From Octopus bimaculoides (taxonomy: Eukaryota): DNA of 64,000 nucleotides. A program made the position numbers and the translations under genes. Below, piece after piece: positions 12,372-23,770 of the stretch. The stretch is from assembly GCF_001194135.2 (NCBI RefSeq), contig NC_069000.1, forward strand, positions 38,695,748 through 38,759,747, written 5' to 3'. The notes beneath the pieces are model-generated. The model searched no databases and had not been told where the DNA came from. It saw only the letters and a list, made by a program, of their open reading frames with translations. Numbering within the stretch: position 1 is the stretch's first letter; every line of letters begins with the position of its first letter.

Positions 12372-12790
12372 GTTGTTATTGAGAAGCACACTCCGTAAAA
12401 GTGAGGTTGGGGTAGATATATACAAAGTGCAAAATGACCATCACCCCCTATCTGTCTGATAAGGGTACATTCTGCTCATTTCCATTTCCAAGTCCTCATA
12501 TTTCTTAAATTTCACAAACATTTTCAAAGATGAGCGTTTGTCAGATGGGGCTAAAACATCAACCAGAAGACACGTATTCTGAACATAATTTTTCGCAATG
12601 ATATCTGATGTGATATCTTCGATTTTCCGATCAGTCTGAACACAAAGGATTGTAACTTCAGCATTTTACACAGTTTCCGACAGCTCACCACCTTATAATG
12701 GCTTCAAATTTTGACACAGATTCTGGAGTTTTACTGGAATTGGTTGTATCAATTTCCTTCAGCTGTTTTGCAACTTTATCGACCACGAAA
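12328..12790 (-). mobile_element. R4/Dong-like non-LTR retrotransposon relic: REL endonuclease plus putative 3' UTR and (AAT)n tail
   Basis: Minus strand DKVAKQL...TPESV, then VTILCVQTDRKIEDITSDIIAKNYVQNTCLLVDVLAPSDKRSSLKMFVKFKKYEDLEMEMSRM. This fits the VTILWDF..TD..I...RPDIV....C..ID...P.D......E..K..KY.DL pattern of restriction-like endonucleases. Confidence 0.85.
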
Positions 12791-13167
12791 TCAAACCTAA
12801 AATAATAATCAAATACCTTCAACACCACACGAAACACAGACAAGTGATACTTGACATAAACAAAAACAACTGGATATATAACCATATTGCTATTTTTCAT
12901 CACCTAGTTATGTTTACCAAATAATTGGAGGCAATGGACACTTGCAATCCTTGACTGATATGAAGCATACATATGTGAAATATTGCAAATATTATTCAGA
13001 AAACCGCTAAACGTTCTTTTCTTTTATCTTTCAGGAAATGTCTTTTCCTGTTTTTACGGTCTGTTTAACTTATTAATAGGATTTGTTTTTCTTGCGGCTC
13101 TCTTTTAATGAGATGTTGTTTTCAATTTTTGCATCCAAAACATCTATGCTTTATCTACTCAAAGAAA

Positions 13168-13415
13168 CCGAGTGGTTGTGTGATAAGAGGTTTCCTTCAC
13201 AACAACACGGTTCCGGGTTCGGTCCACTGCGTGGCATTTTGGGAAGGTGTCTTCTACTATAGCCTCGGGCCTACCAAAGCCTTGTGAGTGGATTTGATAG
13301 ACGGAAACTGAAAGAATCCCGTCGTATGTGTGTGTGTGTGTTTTATGTATTTGTGTGTCTGCGTTTGTTCTCACTATCGCTAGACAATCGATGCTGGTGT
13401 GTTTACGTCCCCGGT
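13168..13415 (+). mobile_element. SINE family A
   Basis: ggttccgggttcgg...ccttgtgagtggatttgatagacggaaactgaaagaa followed by a (TG)n linker and body. Confidence 0.85.
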
Positions 13416-13417
13416 AT

Positions 13418-13710
13418 TACGTCTGTCTTTACGTTCTGAGTTCAAACGCCATCGAGGTCGACTTTGCATTTCTTCCTTTCGGGGTCGATAAAATGACTAT
13501 CAGTTGTGTACTGAGACAATTTAATCAACTGGCCTCCTCGCCCAAAATTCCGGACGTTGATTCGAAAAGAATATATATATATTCTTTTATTTGTTTCAGA
13601 TATTTGACTGCAACCACGCTGGAGCACCGCCTTTAGTCGAGGAAATCGACCCAAGACGCAGTGGGACTGAAACTAGAACCACGTGACTGGTAAGCGAGCT
13701 ACTTACCATA
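13418..13710. mobile_element. SINE family B (+) followed by family A fragments (-)
   Basis: gttctgagttcaaacgcc..gaggtcgactttgc (B), then gctggagcaccgcctttagtcgag and gcagtgggactgaa...ctacttacca (A, minus). Confidence 0.75.
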
Positions 13711-16479
13711 GTGAGGGATTATAAATCCAGGCAAAATATTTCATAAGCTCTCTGTTGGCGCACCAGACTAACTAAGAACCTTACTAAAATTAGTGAAGAA
13801 TTCAGAGTAATATCTTGGTAGGGTTCCAGGTTATGGTTCGTCTCATTCCTATATTATAAATCCGTGGATCAGCACTCATATAACCACGCTTGCATTTTTC
13901 TTGATTTTTTTTCTGTCTACCTGGAACTTAAAATATAGCTACTCGTCAGATCGTAAGTAGAACAATAATTAGATATATATCTCAACCAACAATAAGTACC
14001 AAATGAATTAATATGAAATGCTTATTATATAAAGATAGAAAAATTATTTAAAAAATATCATAATATCAAAATAATAACCATTCAATAATCATCCCTTCAT
14101 CCATTATAATAACATGTATATTATATACAAAAAACATCTTACATAAATTATCATTGTTTTAAATTATCATTGTTTTAAATTATCATTGTTTTAAATACAA
14201 GTTGAACGAAGTTTAATTTTAAAATAATAATGAAGATAAAATTAGTACATATTTAACCGGTGTAATAGTTAAAGCNNNNNNNNNNNNNNNNNNNNNNNNN
14301 NNNNNNNNNNNNNNNNNNNNNNNNNNNNNNNNNNNNNNNNNNNNNNNNNNNNNNNNNNNNNNNNNNNNNNNNNNNNNNNNNNNNNNNNNNNNNNNNNNNN
14401 NNNNNNNNNNNNNNNNNNNNNNNNNNNNNNNNNNNNNNNNNNNNNNNNNNNNNNNNNNNNNNNNNNNNNNNNNNNNNNNNNNNNNNNNNNNNNNNNNNNN
14501 NNNNNNNNNNNNNNNNNNNNNNNNNNNNNNNNNNNNNNNNNNNNNNNNNNNNNNNNNNNNNNNNNNNNNNNNNNNNNNNNNNNNNNNNNNNNNNNNNNNN
14601 NNNNNNNNNNNNNNNNNNNNNNNNNNNNNNNNNNNNNNNNNNNNNNNNNNNNNNNNNNNNNNNNNNNNNNNNNNNNNNNNNNNNNNNNNNNNNNNNNNNN
14701 NNNNNNNNNNNNNNNNNNNNNNNNNNNNNNNNNNNNNNNNNNNNNNNNNNNNNNNNNNNNNNNNNNNNNNNNNNNNNNNNNNNNNNNNNNNNNNNNNNNN
14801 NNNNNNNNNNNNNNNNNNNNNNNNNNNNNNNNNNNNNNNNNNNNNNNNNNNNNNNNNNNNNNNNNNNNNNNNNNNNNNNNNNNNNNNNNNATATATATAT
14901 GTAAATATATGTATATATGTATGTATATATACATATATATATATATATGCGCTAGTATGTTTTCAGATACACATATTTACTAAATGTGTTCATTATACAT
15001 CATTATTAGGAGAATAAGAGCTACAAATTAAATAGTATTTATACCTACAAACAAAAGCGATCGGCGATCGGCGATCGGCGAACGAGGAATGGTAAAAGGA
15101 AAATCAACACGCGACAGAAATCTTAGAAAAAAAAATGGATGAATTTCGAAGATGAAAGAAAATGCTTGTGAAATATTATAACAACAACAACAACAATAAT
15201 AACAGCAACAATGATTAAATTCGTGGAAGTGATTTATATTCCCGAGAGAGAAAACAAATAGATATGGAATATTAAAAGAAAACCACGTTTTTTTTTCATG
15301 GAGAATGGCGAAAAAAGATTTACTTCATTTTCAAGGCGTTTGAAAAAAAATTAGATACTTGGAAAGCGTATTGAGATAAACAAATCTTCGCGCGTATATA
15401 TCCTCCGAAAAAAAATGTGCAGGTAATAGTTAAGATTAGATAAGTCGATAAAACTACATTGGATTAGCTCAGCACCTTCAGGTTAACATAACTAATATCT
15501 CGTGGGCTTCAAGTATGAATTTAAAACAGCAAATCATTCTAAAAGTATATTATCGGCAAAAGTTTGGCCATTTTCCGAAGGGAGGCATTCTTTCAAGCCG
15601 GAATGCAAGAGCGAATAACGTATTTCCATTCAAATGTTTAAATCTGTCATAATTTACGAAGAATAATTTGTACATTGTCGTTTGATTCTGATCTACGTTC
15701 TCATAAAACAATGATAGATGAATTGTCATCATCATCATCATCATCGTCATCGTCATCGTCATCATCATCATCGTCGTCATGGTCGTCGTCGTCGTTATTG
15801 TTATTATTATTATTATGATTATTATTATTAAAGCTTTGATCTGGCAGAATCGTAAACACGCTCAGAGGTATTTCACCCGTCGCTCCGTTCTGAGATCAAA
15901 TTCCCTTGAGGTCGACTTTGTCTCTCTTTCTTTAACTACCACTATTTCTCCTCGTTTTTCTCCCCTGTACTTTTCCATTTGTCTCTGATTTTTTTTTCAA
16001 ATCTTTCAATCCCGCTACCCCCTACGCCTCTCTCTTCCTTCCATGTGACCGCTGTCCGGCCAGGCATGATCTTTCTGCCGATATATATATATAGTTTTAG
16101 GGAAAATAACCNNNNNNNNNNNNNNNNNNNNNNNNNNNNNNNNNNNNNNNNNNNNNNNNNNNNNNNNNNNNNNNNNNNNNNNNNNNNNNNNNNNNNNNNN
16201 NNNNNNNNNNNNNNNNNNNNNNNNNNNNNNNNNNNNNNNNNNNNNNNNNNNNNNNNNNTATATATACACACATATATATATATATATTTGTATGTATAGC
16301 AGACTGACTGTATATATATGTAAACTAACCTGCACGTGACCCGTTGGGTCACCAATAGTTAAGGTATCCGAAAACATCACCTATCACTGGAATCCGTGGT
16401 CCAATTTACGCGAAACCTGTGTTATTTTATTTGCATTCATATTTCAATAGCATTTGAATAATTCACCTCTGCAAGCATA

Positions 16480-16790
16480 GGTGTTTCGTTCAACATCCTC
16501 AAACAACACTTATTCAGGGACCTTTTGTACGGGATGGGCTTCGCGACCGGAAGAAAATTAGTTCTAACAGGGACCCACCTGCAAGGTTATGCACTGTTTA
16601 TTTTAATATCAGATCACCATGTTGCGCATTTGTAGTCGTGATGCATGGGCGTGTTGTACCCTTATCAGATGGGTAGTCATGATAGGTATACTGAGATTCG
16701 TATATTTGTACCCCAGGGTCACTTTAATAGCATACGCTTGTCTCTCACTCAATAATAACATTAATTCTCAGTAAAAAATAATAATAATAC
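16480..16790 (+). mobile_element. Retroposon 3' end with (AAT)n tail, related to the 12375-12470 segment
   Basis: tgtacccttatcaga...atatttgtaccccagggtcacttt...ctcactcaataataa aligns with the reverse complement of 12375-12470. Confidence 0.6.
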
Positions 16791-17429
16791 GTACAAATAA
16801 ATATTAATTAAATAACTGTTTCAGTAATAAGAATTAATGAGTAGAACTGTGGGAAAGAAGTGAAGTATACGAGAGTATTATCCAAATTAAACATACACAT
16901 CATTAAAAAATACATGGGAAAATATGAGATAAACTCAATTACCTTTTCCAAAATATTTTATTTGCGTATGAACATGAAATATCCTTCATCACTTCCCTCG
17001 CCTTTCCGTAAATGCATATATTTTTCTGCGTAATTTAAATCTACTGCCAATTTTTTTCGACTAACAGTTCCTTTGATCATTCTATTCGTTTGGTTTTACC
17101 CTTTGTCTGTTTTTTTCCTCCCTACTTCGTTTATTTTTCTCCCCCTTTCTTCACATATCTTTCTTGTCCGCTCAGCCTGTTCTACTCTGCTTCTCTTACT
17201 TCATCTCTTATTCCTCCTTTTGTTTTACATATATAGATATTTCGGTTCTGTTGTACCTGTCTTGCTCCAAATAAATCTATGATGTATTTATTAATTTTAG
17301 TTCGAACTTAATGAGGCACAATCAAAATATAATGGTCATTTTGGAAACAAACGTCGCATAAAATAATCCATTTTCCATATAAATATAGAATTCATTTGTA
17401 ATTCTTGATATATACGCTCATATAAGCAC

Positions 17430-17479
<50 letters not shown>

Positions 17480-17522
17480 GTTTCTATCTAAATGTCTGTC
17501 GTTACCATTTTCTTCTTGTACA

Positions 17523-17556
<34 letters not shown>

Positions 17557-18419
17557 NNNNNNNNNNNNNNNNNNNNNNNNNNNNNNNNNNNNNNNNNNNN
17601 NNNNNNNNNNNNNNNNNNNNNNNNNNNNNNNNNNNNNNNNNNNNNNNNNNNNNNNNNNNNNNNNNNNNNNNNNNNNNNNNNNNNNNNNNNNNNNNNNNNN
17701 NNNNNNNNNNNNNNNNNNNNNNNNNNNNNNNNNNNNNNNNNNNNNNNNNNNNNNNNNNNNNNNNNNNNNNNNNNNNNNNNNNNNNNNNNNNNNNNNNNNN
17801 NNNNNNNNNNNNNNNNNNNNNNNNNNNNNNNNNNNNNNNNNNNNNNNNNNNNNNNNNNNNNNNNNNNNNNNNNNNNNNNNNNNNNNNNNNNNNNNNNNNN
17901 NNNNNNNNNNNNNNNNNNNNNNNNNNNNNNNNNNNNNNNNNNNNNNNNNNNNNNNNNNNNNNNNNNNNNNNNNNNNNNNNNNNNNNNNNNNNNNNNNNNN
18001 NNNNNNNNNNNNNNNNNNNNNNNNNNNNNNNNNNNNNNNNNNNNNNNNNNNNNNNNNNNNNNNNNNNNNNNNNNNNNNNNNNNNNNNNNNNNNNNNNNNN
18101 NNNNNNNNNNNNNNNNNNNNNNNNNNNNNNNNNNNNNNNNNNNNNNNNNNNNNNNNNNNNNNNNNNNNNNNNNNNNNNNNNNNNNNNNNNNNNNNNNNNN
18201 NNNNNNNNNNNNNNNNNNNNNNNNNNNNNNNNNNNNNNNNNNNNNNNNNNNNNNNNNNNNNNNNNNNNNNNNNNNNNNNNNNNNNNNNNNNNNNNNNNNN
18301 NNNNNNNNNNNNNNNNNNNNNNNNNNNNNNNNNNNNNNNNNNNNNNNNNNNNNNNNNNNNNNNNNNNNNNNNNNNNNNNNNNNNNNNNNNNNNNNNNNNN
18401 NNNNNNNNNNCAACACTGT

Positions 18420-18680
18420 CTGTTTTTTATGTTTTATTTATATTCCTGCAGAACTAATGTGGGGTATAGAATATGGAATATACAATATATAATATGATAT
18501 ACAATATACAATATAAAATAAAATAACATAAAAATGGATGGCACCATGAAAGAAAGTATTGAATATAGATGAAATATTGAGTGTTCAATATAAAGGATCA
18601 AATATATAAATATATAAATATAAATATATATATATAAAGGCGACTCGAGTTTCAGGGCTATTTCCCTTCGTCATGGCCGG
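18420..18680 (-). mobile_element. AT-rich repeat ending in a degenerate hammerhead (18639-18678)
   Basis: Minus strand GGC-C(A)TGACGA-AGGG aaatag CCCT-GAAA-CTCGAG-TC-GCC; one extra base in the core; homologous to 9498-9650. Confidence 0.65.
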
Positions 18681-18691
18681 TATGACGTATG

Positions 18692-18733
<42 letters not shown>

Positions 18734-18755
18734 CACGTATGTATGTATATATGTA

Positions 18756-18962
18756 TAGGCGCAAGTATGGCTGTGTGGTAAGAAGCTGGCTTCTGATTCC
18801 CAACCACAAACATGGATCTGGGTTCAGACCCACTGCGTGACACCTTGGGCAGGCGTCTTCTTCTATAACCACACGACGACCAGGGCCTTGTGAGTGGATT
18901 AGATAGACGGAAACTGAAAGAATATACATACAACGATGAGTTTGTGTCTGTGTTTGTCTCCC
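18756..18962 (+). mobile_element. SINE family A
   Basis: taggcgcaagtatggctgtgtggtaagaagc...gggttcagacccactgcgtgacaccttgggc. Confidence 0.85.
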
Positions 18963-18967
18963 AAATC

Positions 18968-19102
18968 CTTCTACCAAATCCACTCACAAGGCTTTAGTTG
19001 GCCCGAGAAAGACACCTGACCAAGCTGTCACGCTGTGGGACTCAAACAGGAATCATGTGGTTGGGAATCAAGCGTCTTAACACACAGCAACGCCTGCGCA
19101 AT

Positions 19103-19103
<1 letters not shown>
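18968..19103 (-). mobile_element. SINE family A, convergent with the previous copy
   Basis: tctaccaaatccactcacaaggcttt...gtgggactcaaacaggaatcatgtggttggg. Confidence 0.85.
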
Positions 19104-19158
<55 letters not shown>

Positions 19159-19304
19159 TATGTATATATATATATATATATATATACCATTGCGCAGGCG
19201 TTGCTGTGTGTTAAGACGCTTGATTCCCGAGCGTCATACTAATATATACTTTTGTTATTTACACCACCTGTCCTCGTCTGTTGTTATTTTTTGTATATTC
19301 TCCC

Positions 19305-19335
<31 letters not shown>

Positions 19336-20059
19336 TACGTATATGTGTGTATTTTTTTGTCTCCACCAAGTGCTTGACAACTGGGGCAGGTTTGTTTATA
19401 TTCCCGTATCTTAGACTTTTGGTCAAAAAGACCGATGTAATAGGTAGAAAACCGAAGTACTCTGCTCACGTTATTTGATAAAACTCTTCAAGACAATTCC
19501 TCATTATGTTTGCAGTTCCAATTGCGAAATAAATGAGAAATAAAAGGAAAAGAGATTTAAAGGTGAAGAAATTCAAAATAAGGCCTTCCCCAACCTTTCC
19601 ACATCGAGGTTAATACTCCATCAACAAAACTTTCGTGAGACAATACAGCGATAAAAATTAATAGTTTATGTAAATGACAATGAGCTTACACTCACCTCAG
19701 AACAGAGTACAGTCTGTTCTATTTTTGATTAGATTTGCCAGCGAGAAACGAGAATATCCTTGCTTGCTACTCTTCGCTGAATGAAAAGACATTTCTGGTC
19801 AGTCTATTGCTTACTAATAGACAGATCATTACAGTCTGATAACATTTCCATTTGATTTACAGTCAGATTATTTACCTCTTGGGAATGATATATCGATCCG
19901 GAAACACTTACCTTCCGGATTGCTTGACAGCAATATCCGATTGGTTTTCATTAATTTCTTTTTGTATGAGTTGGTATATTCTACAGCGTGAGTGAGTGTT
20001 CGCTCACTGATGCCTTTTTTTAGTGTGTGCGTATAGCATTTACTTTTGGCATTTCATAA

Positions 20060-20580
20060 TTCTATCATAATTTTCAGTGTATGAAAGTTTACCGTATGTA
20101 CTGAAGAATGGGCTGCTAGAATTAACTGCTTCTTCGCAATAACGATATGGTTAATAGTTACCTTTTGCCCGCAACTTTGTATATAGAAAAGCTTTGATAA
20201 CGCAATCAAATATCCCTTGATGTCGGTTTTGAGCCCTGCACTTCATAAACAATGCTTATAATCCTCGTTATCTAATTTTTGTGCTGTTGAAAGCCGTCAC
20301 GAATTAGCTATGTAGGATTATATAAAGGCTTTGACTTCGAATTACATTTTTTTCTTCCCGTTGTTGTTGTTGTTGTTGTTGTTGTTCTTCTTCTTCTTCT
20401 TCTTCTTCTTCTTCTTCTTCTTCTTCTTCTTCTTCTTCTTCTTCTTCTTCTTCTTCTCCTCATTATTATTAACGCGGTGGTCTGTATGTACTTGAAAGTC
20501 CCAAAGTGTCGTTACATTTTCTCCCTTAGTTACATGAATATGTGCAATCAAATGACGGTTAGCAGATGATGTTAGTCGAT
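20060..20580 (-). mobile_element. Two R4/Dong-like LINE fragments separated by a (GTT)n/(CTT)n run
   Basis: 20462-20580 (-) gives GENVTTLWDFQVHTDHRV (REL region). 20060-20290 (-) gives *SAGLKTDIKGYLIA...CGQKVTINHIV (zinc-knuckle region). Confidence 0.7.
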
Positions 20581-22619
20581 GCATGTGGCATATCAAGAAC
20601 CTCTTGACAATATCAAGAACCTCTTGTAGAGAAACAGTAGCAAAAGAGAAAAACCAGAGGCAAAATTTGTACTAGACCGGCAGCAACGTAAATATTATCA
20701 CTTAATGTTTAAAAAGTCTAAGAGAAAACACAATGGCAAAAGTCAAGACAAAGTGAATAAATAGAATTAAGTGAAAAATAAAATGAAATAAAAAATAAAA
20801 ATACTATTCTCTTCCCCTAAGAAATGAAACATAGAGCTGTTTTCCGTATAAAGCTCTATTTCATAGTGAAGTATTCTTCTCTACTCTAAGCACAAGGCCC
20901 CAATTTTTTTTTGGGGGGGGGGCACATACGATTAGATTGACTCAGTACGCAACTGGTACTTAATTTATCGTCTCGTAGTGAGTATTAAGAAAAGAAATTT
21001 TTAGTCTCAAATTATCTCAAATCTTAGACTAAGATAAAGTGAAATATGTTCTCAGTATAAGCTGTGAATTTAAAATTCATTGTTATGGTTTCACTATATT
21101 TTATATGATAATTAATAAGCCAAAATTTGAGACGGAACAGAGCAATACGTTTTCTGATTCAATCGAAACTACATGCCTACCTGTACGCCCGTCCTTGATA
21201 AAAAATGTTGATTTACTTTCTGTTATATTTACTATACTGTATATTGTTCAGTACATGGATATATTTTCCGCTAATACTTATTTCCGTTCATAATAAATGA
21301 AAGAAGTAGTATTCTTAATTATTTTTGTTTCGTTATGGAACTCAATTTTTTTTGTATATACCCTAACTAGCCTAGCAAGTTAGGAAAAGCAAACACAAAA
21401 ATTTCCGTAGTCAAATCGAAAACTTATTTAGTTCAATAAACATTGATGGAAATGGAATTCTTAGCTTCAGTAGTTTCTGAGAGATCAGTGTGAATATTTC
21501 ATTAGCGCAGGATGTAAAGAGATGAAGAAGAGTTGTTCCTTGTATTTTGGTTGTTAGATGTATTGAAAGTTGGGAAATTGTGGTTACAGTTATATAGATA
21601 GGACTATACAAAGGGTATACGAAAGAACGATAATGGAAGAAATCAAGTAGTGATAAAAGAAAGTAAAAAGAAAAATAGGAATAATAATAACAACATCAAC
21701 AACAGCAACAACAACAATAGCAACAGCAACAACAACAACAACAACAACAACAATAATAATAATAATAATAATAATTTAAAATAAAAGAATCGGGAGACAA
21801 ACAGAGAGGAAAGAATAAAAATAAGGAGGAAAGAGATATTGAGTGAATAAGTTAAAAAAAAATAGAACGTAAAAAGACGGAAAATAAGAAAATTGGATCG
21901 ATAAATCCATGAAAGAAAGTATTAAGCGAAAAAATATAAAACAAAAACAAAAAAAAAAGAAAGAAATCGAGAGTAACTAAAAGCACAAATAAAGAAGGTC
22001 AAAGTTAGGAATAAATAACCAAAGTCTGGAAATACGCAGAAGAATAGACAGAGAAAACAAAAGAACAAAAAAATAAAAGACAAAGTTGAAGAATGGCAGC
22101 AGAGAGACAATTATTTTGGTTTGAAGATGAGGTTACCAGACAAAACATAAAAAAAAACATATCATAGAATATTTGGAAACTATTAATAGATATATTGTGC
22201 CTAAAGCCACTAACAAACGACATTGGTAACACGCACCTGAATAGAACAATTATGATAAAATATATGGATAGACTTTGGAAAAAAATGTATCTAACAATTA
22301 TATTGATTATATTGTAGATCATAGACAATGGAGATGGAGTATTTTGAAGAACACTTGTATTTCTAGTAAGGGTACTCGATAATAATAAATAGTAATAAGT
22401 AGGGACCTCTTCTCAGAAGAGAACTCTTTACCATACACACACACACATACACACACACAGACAAACACACACACACACATGTATTATATGTATATATGTT
22501 ACTAGTGACAGAAGCTGTATTAGTTCAAAATAGCGTTCTGTATAGCTTACTTAGCGTGGATATAATATAGAAAGCCGCAAAACCCGCGATATTCATCGCA
22601 AACTTATATTGCATCTTGA

Positions 22620-22860
22620 GGAACCGTATACTGAACTGCTATGTCTTCCCTGTGGTAATGTATGGAAGTGATGTATGATCCATAACATCAGGAATGGGAA
22701 AGTGCTTGGAAAGCTGTGAAATGTACTTCTTAAAGAGAAAACTGAGGATGGCATGGACAAAGTGTCTACCGAAGAAATGATAAACCGGGCTGCGGTAAAT
22801 AGGAAATGGTTTTGTAAAATATGGGCCCAATAATTGAGATTTCTTGGTTAGGTGAAGTAA
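22620..22860 (+). mobile_element. RTE-clade LINE relic, C-terminal to the RT
   Basis: RILNCYVFPVVMYGSDV*SITSGMGKCLESCEMYFLKRKLRMAWT/KVSTEEMINRA...LRFLG fits the RTE pattern LLYG.E.W....LEA.EMWF.RR.LRISWT.KV.NEEVL.R; stops and a frameshift present. Confidence 0.85.
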
Positions 22861-23330
22861 AGAAACCATAATGGTAATCTAGGTGATTTCACCGTTACTA
22901 ACTTTCTATGGTTTCTCTAGACATAGAGATATGTTGTAGAATCACATAGGTTTCCAATTGGTCTCAGCACCAATTGCAGCCATGTCCAAAATTGTAAATT
23001 TCATCTCAGGTAAAATTTAGTTCTGATATAAAATTACCTTGTGAGAGGAACTAATCTAACACATTCAGCTGGTGTCCCTTTGCACTTGCTGTCAGTCTCC
23101 CCTCAACACGGTCCATCATGTCCTCAGTAATTTACACGCCAGGGCTCAACCCTCCCCTGAGCAAAAAATTAATCAGCGACGTGGGAGCAACCTCACCTAA
23201 CGCTTCGTGTACTGACCTCTGTCCTTTAAGCATGCGCATATACATTATCCCTCTCCCTCTTACTCACAAATACACATACTTACATACACACGTATAGACA
23301 CACGCGCACACACACACACACATATGTATA

Positions 23331-23534
23331 CGAGCGGTTCTGAAAAGTTCCTGGCTTTAAGGGTATGACGAAAGGCCAAAACTTCCGAGTTCTTTTACAG
23401 GGCTTAGAAAAACTGAACGACCGCTGAAATAAGAGTGCGAATATGAGAGGTAAATATGTTGAATAAAACCATAATTAATTGTCCTTCCTGTATTTCTCTT
23501 GGTCCAAAGCCAGGAACTTTTCATCAACCCTTCG
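23331..23534 (+). mobile_element. Internally deleted mariner (MITE-like) with TIRs
   Basis: TIRs about 28 bp (CGAG.GG..TGAAAAGTTCCTGGCTTT) at both ends and a 5' TA. The interior keeps the transposase C-terminus LQGLEKLNDR*NKSANMRGKYVE*. Confidence 0.85.
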
Positions 23535-23574
23535 AATATACTTATCAGTCATCTCAATTTAACAATTATTAATT

Positions 23575-23770
23575 TAAAGATTTGGCAGAAGACCAGCAAT
23601 TTGGTGGGAGGGAGTAAGTCGATTAGATGGATTTCTGTATTCAACTGGTACCTATATTATCGACTCCAAAATCAACCTTGGCGGATTTCGAAATCAGTAC
23701 ATAAAACCAGACGAAATACCACTAAGCATTTTGCACGGCGTGCTAACAATTATTCCCGTTCACCACATTT
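23575..23770 (-). mobile_element. SINE family B
   Basis: aactggtacctatattatcgactcc...gaaataccactaagcattttgcacggcgtgctaac. Confidence 0.8.

Noticed and set aside
14146-14196. 16-bp unit x3 as a CRISPR-like or minisatellite array
   Set aside because: No spacers; a simple slippage duplication like those at 6886, 15057 and 20590.
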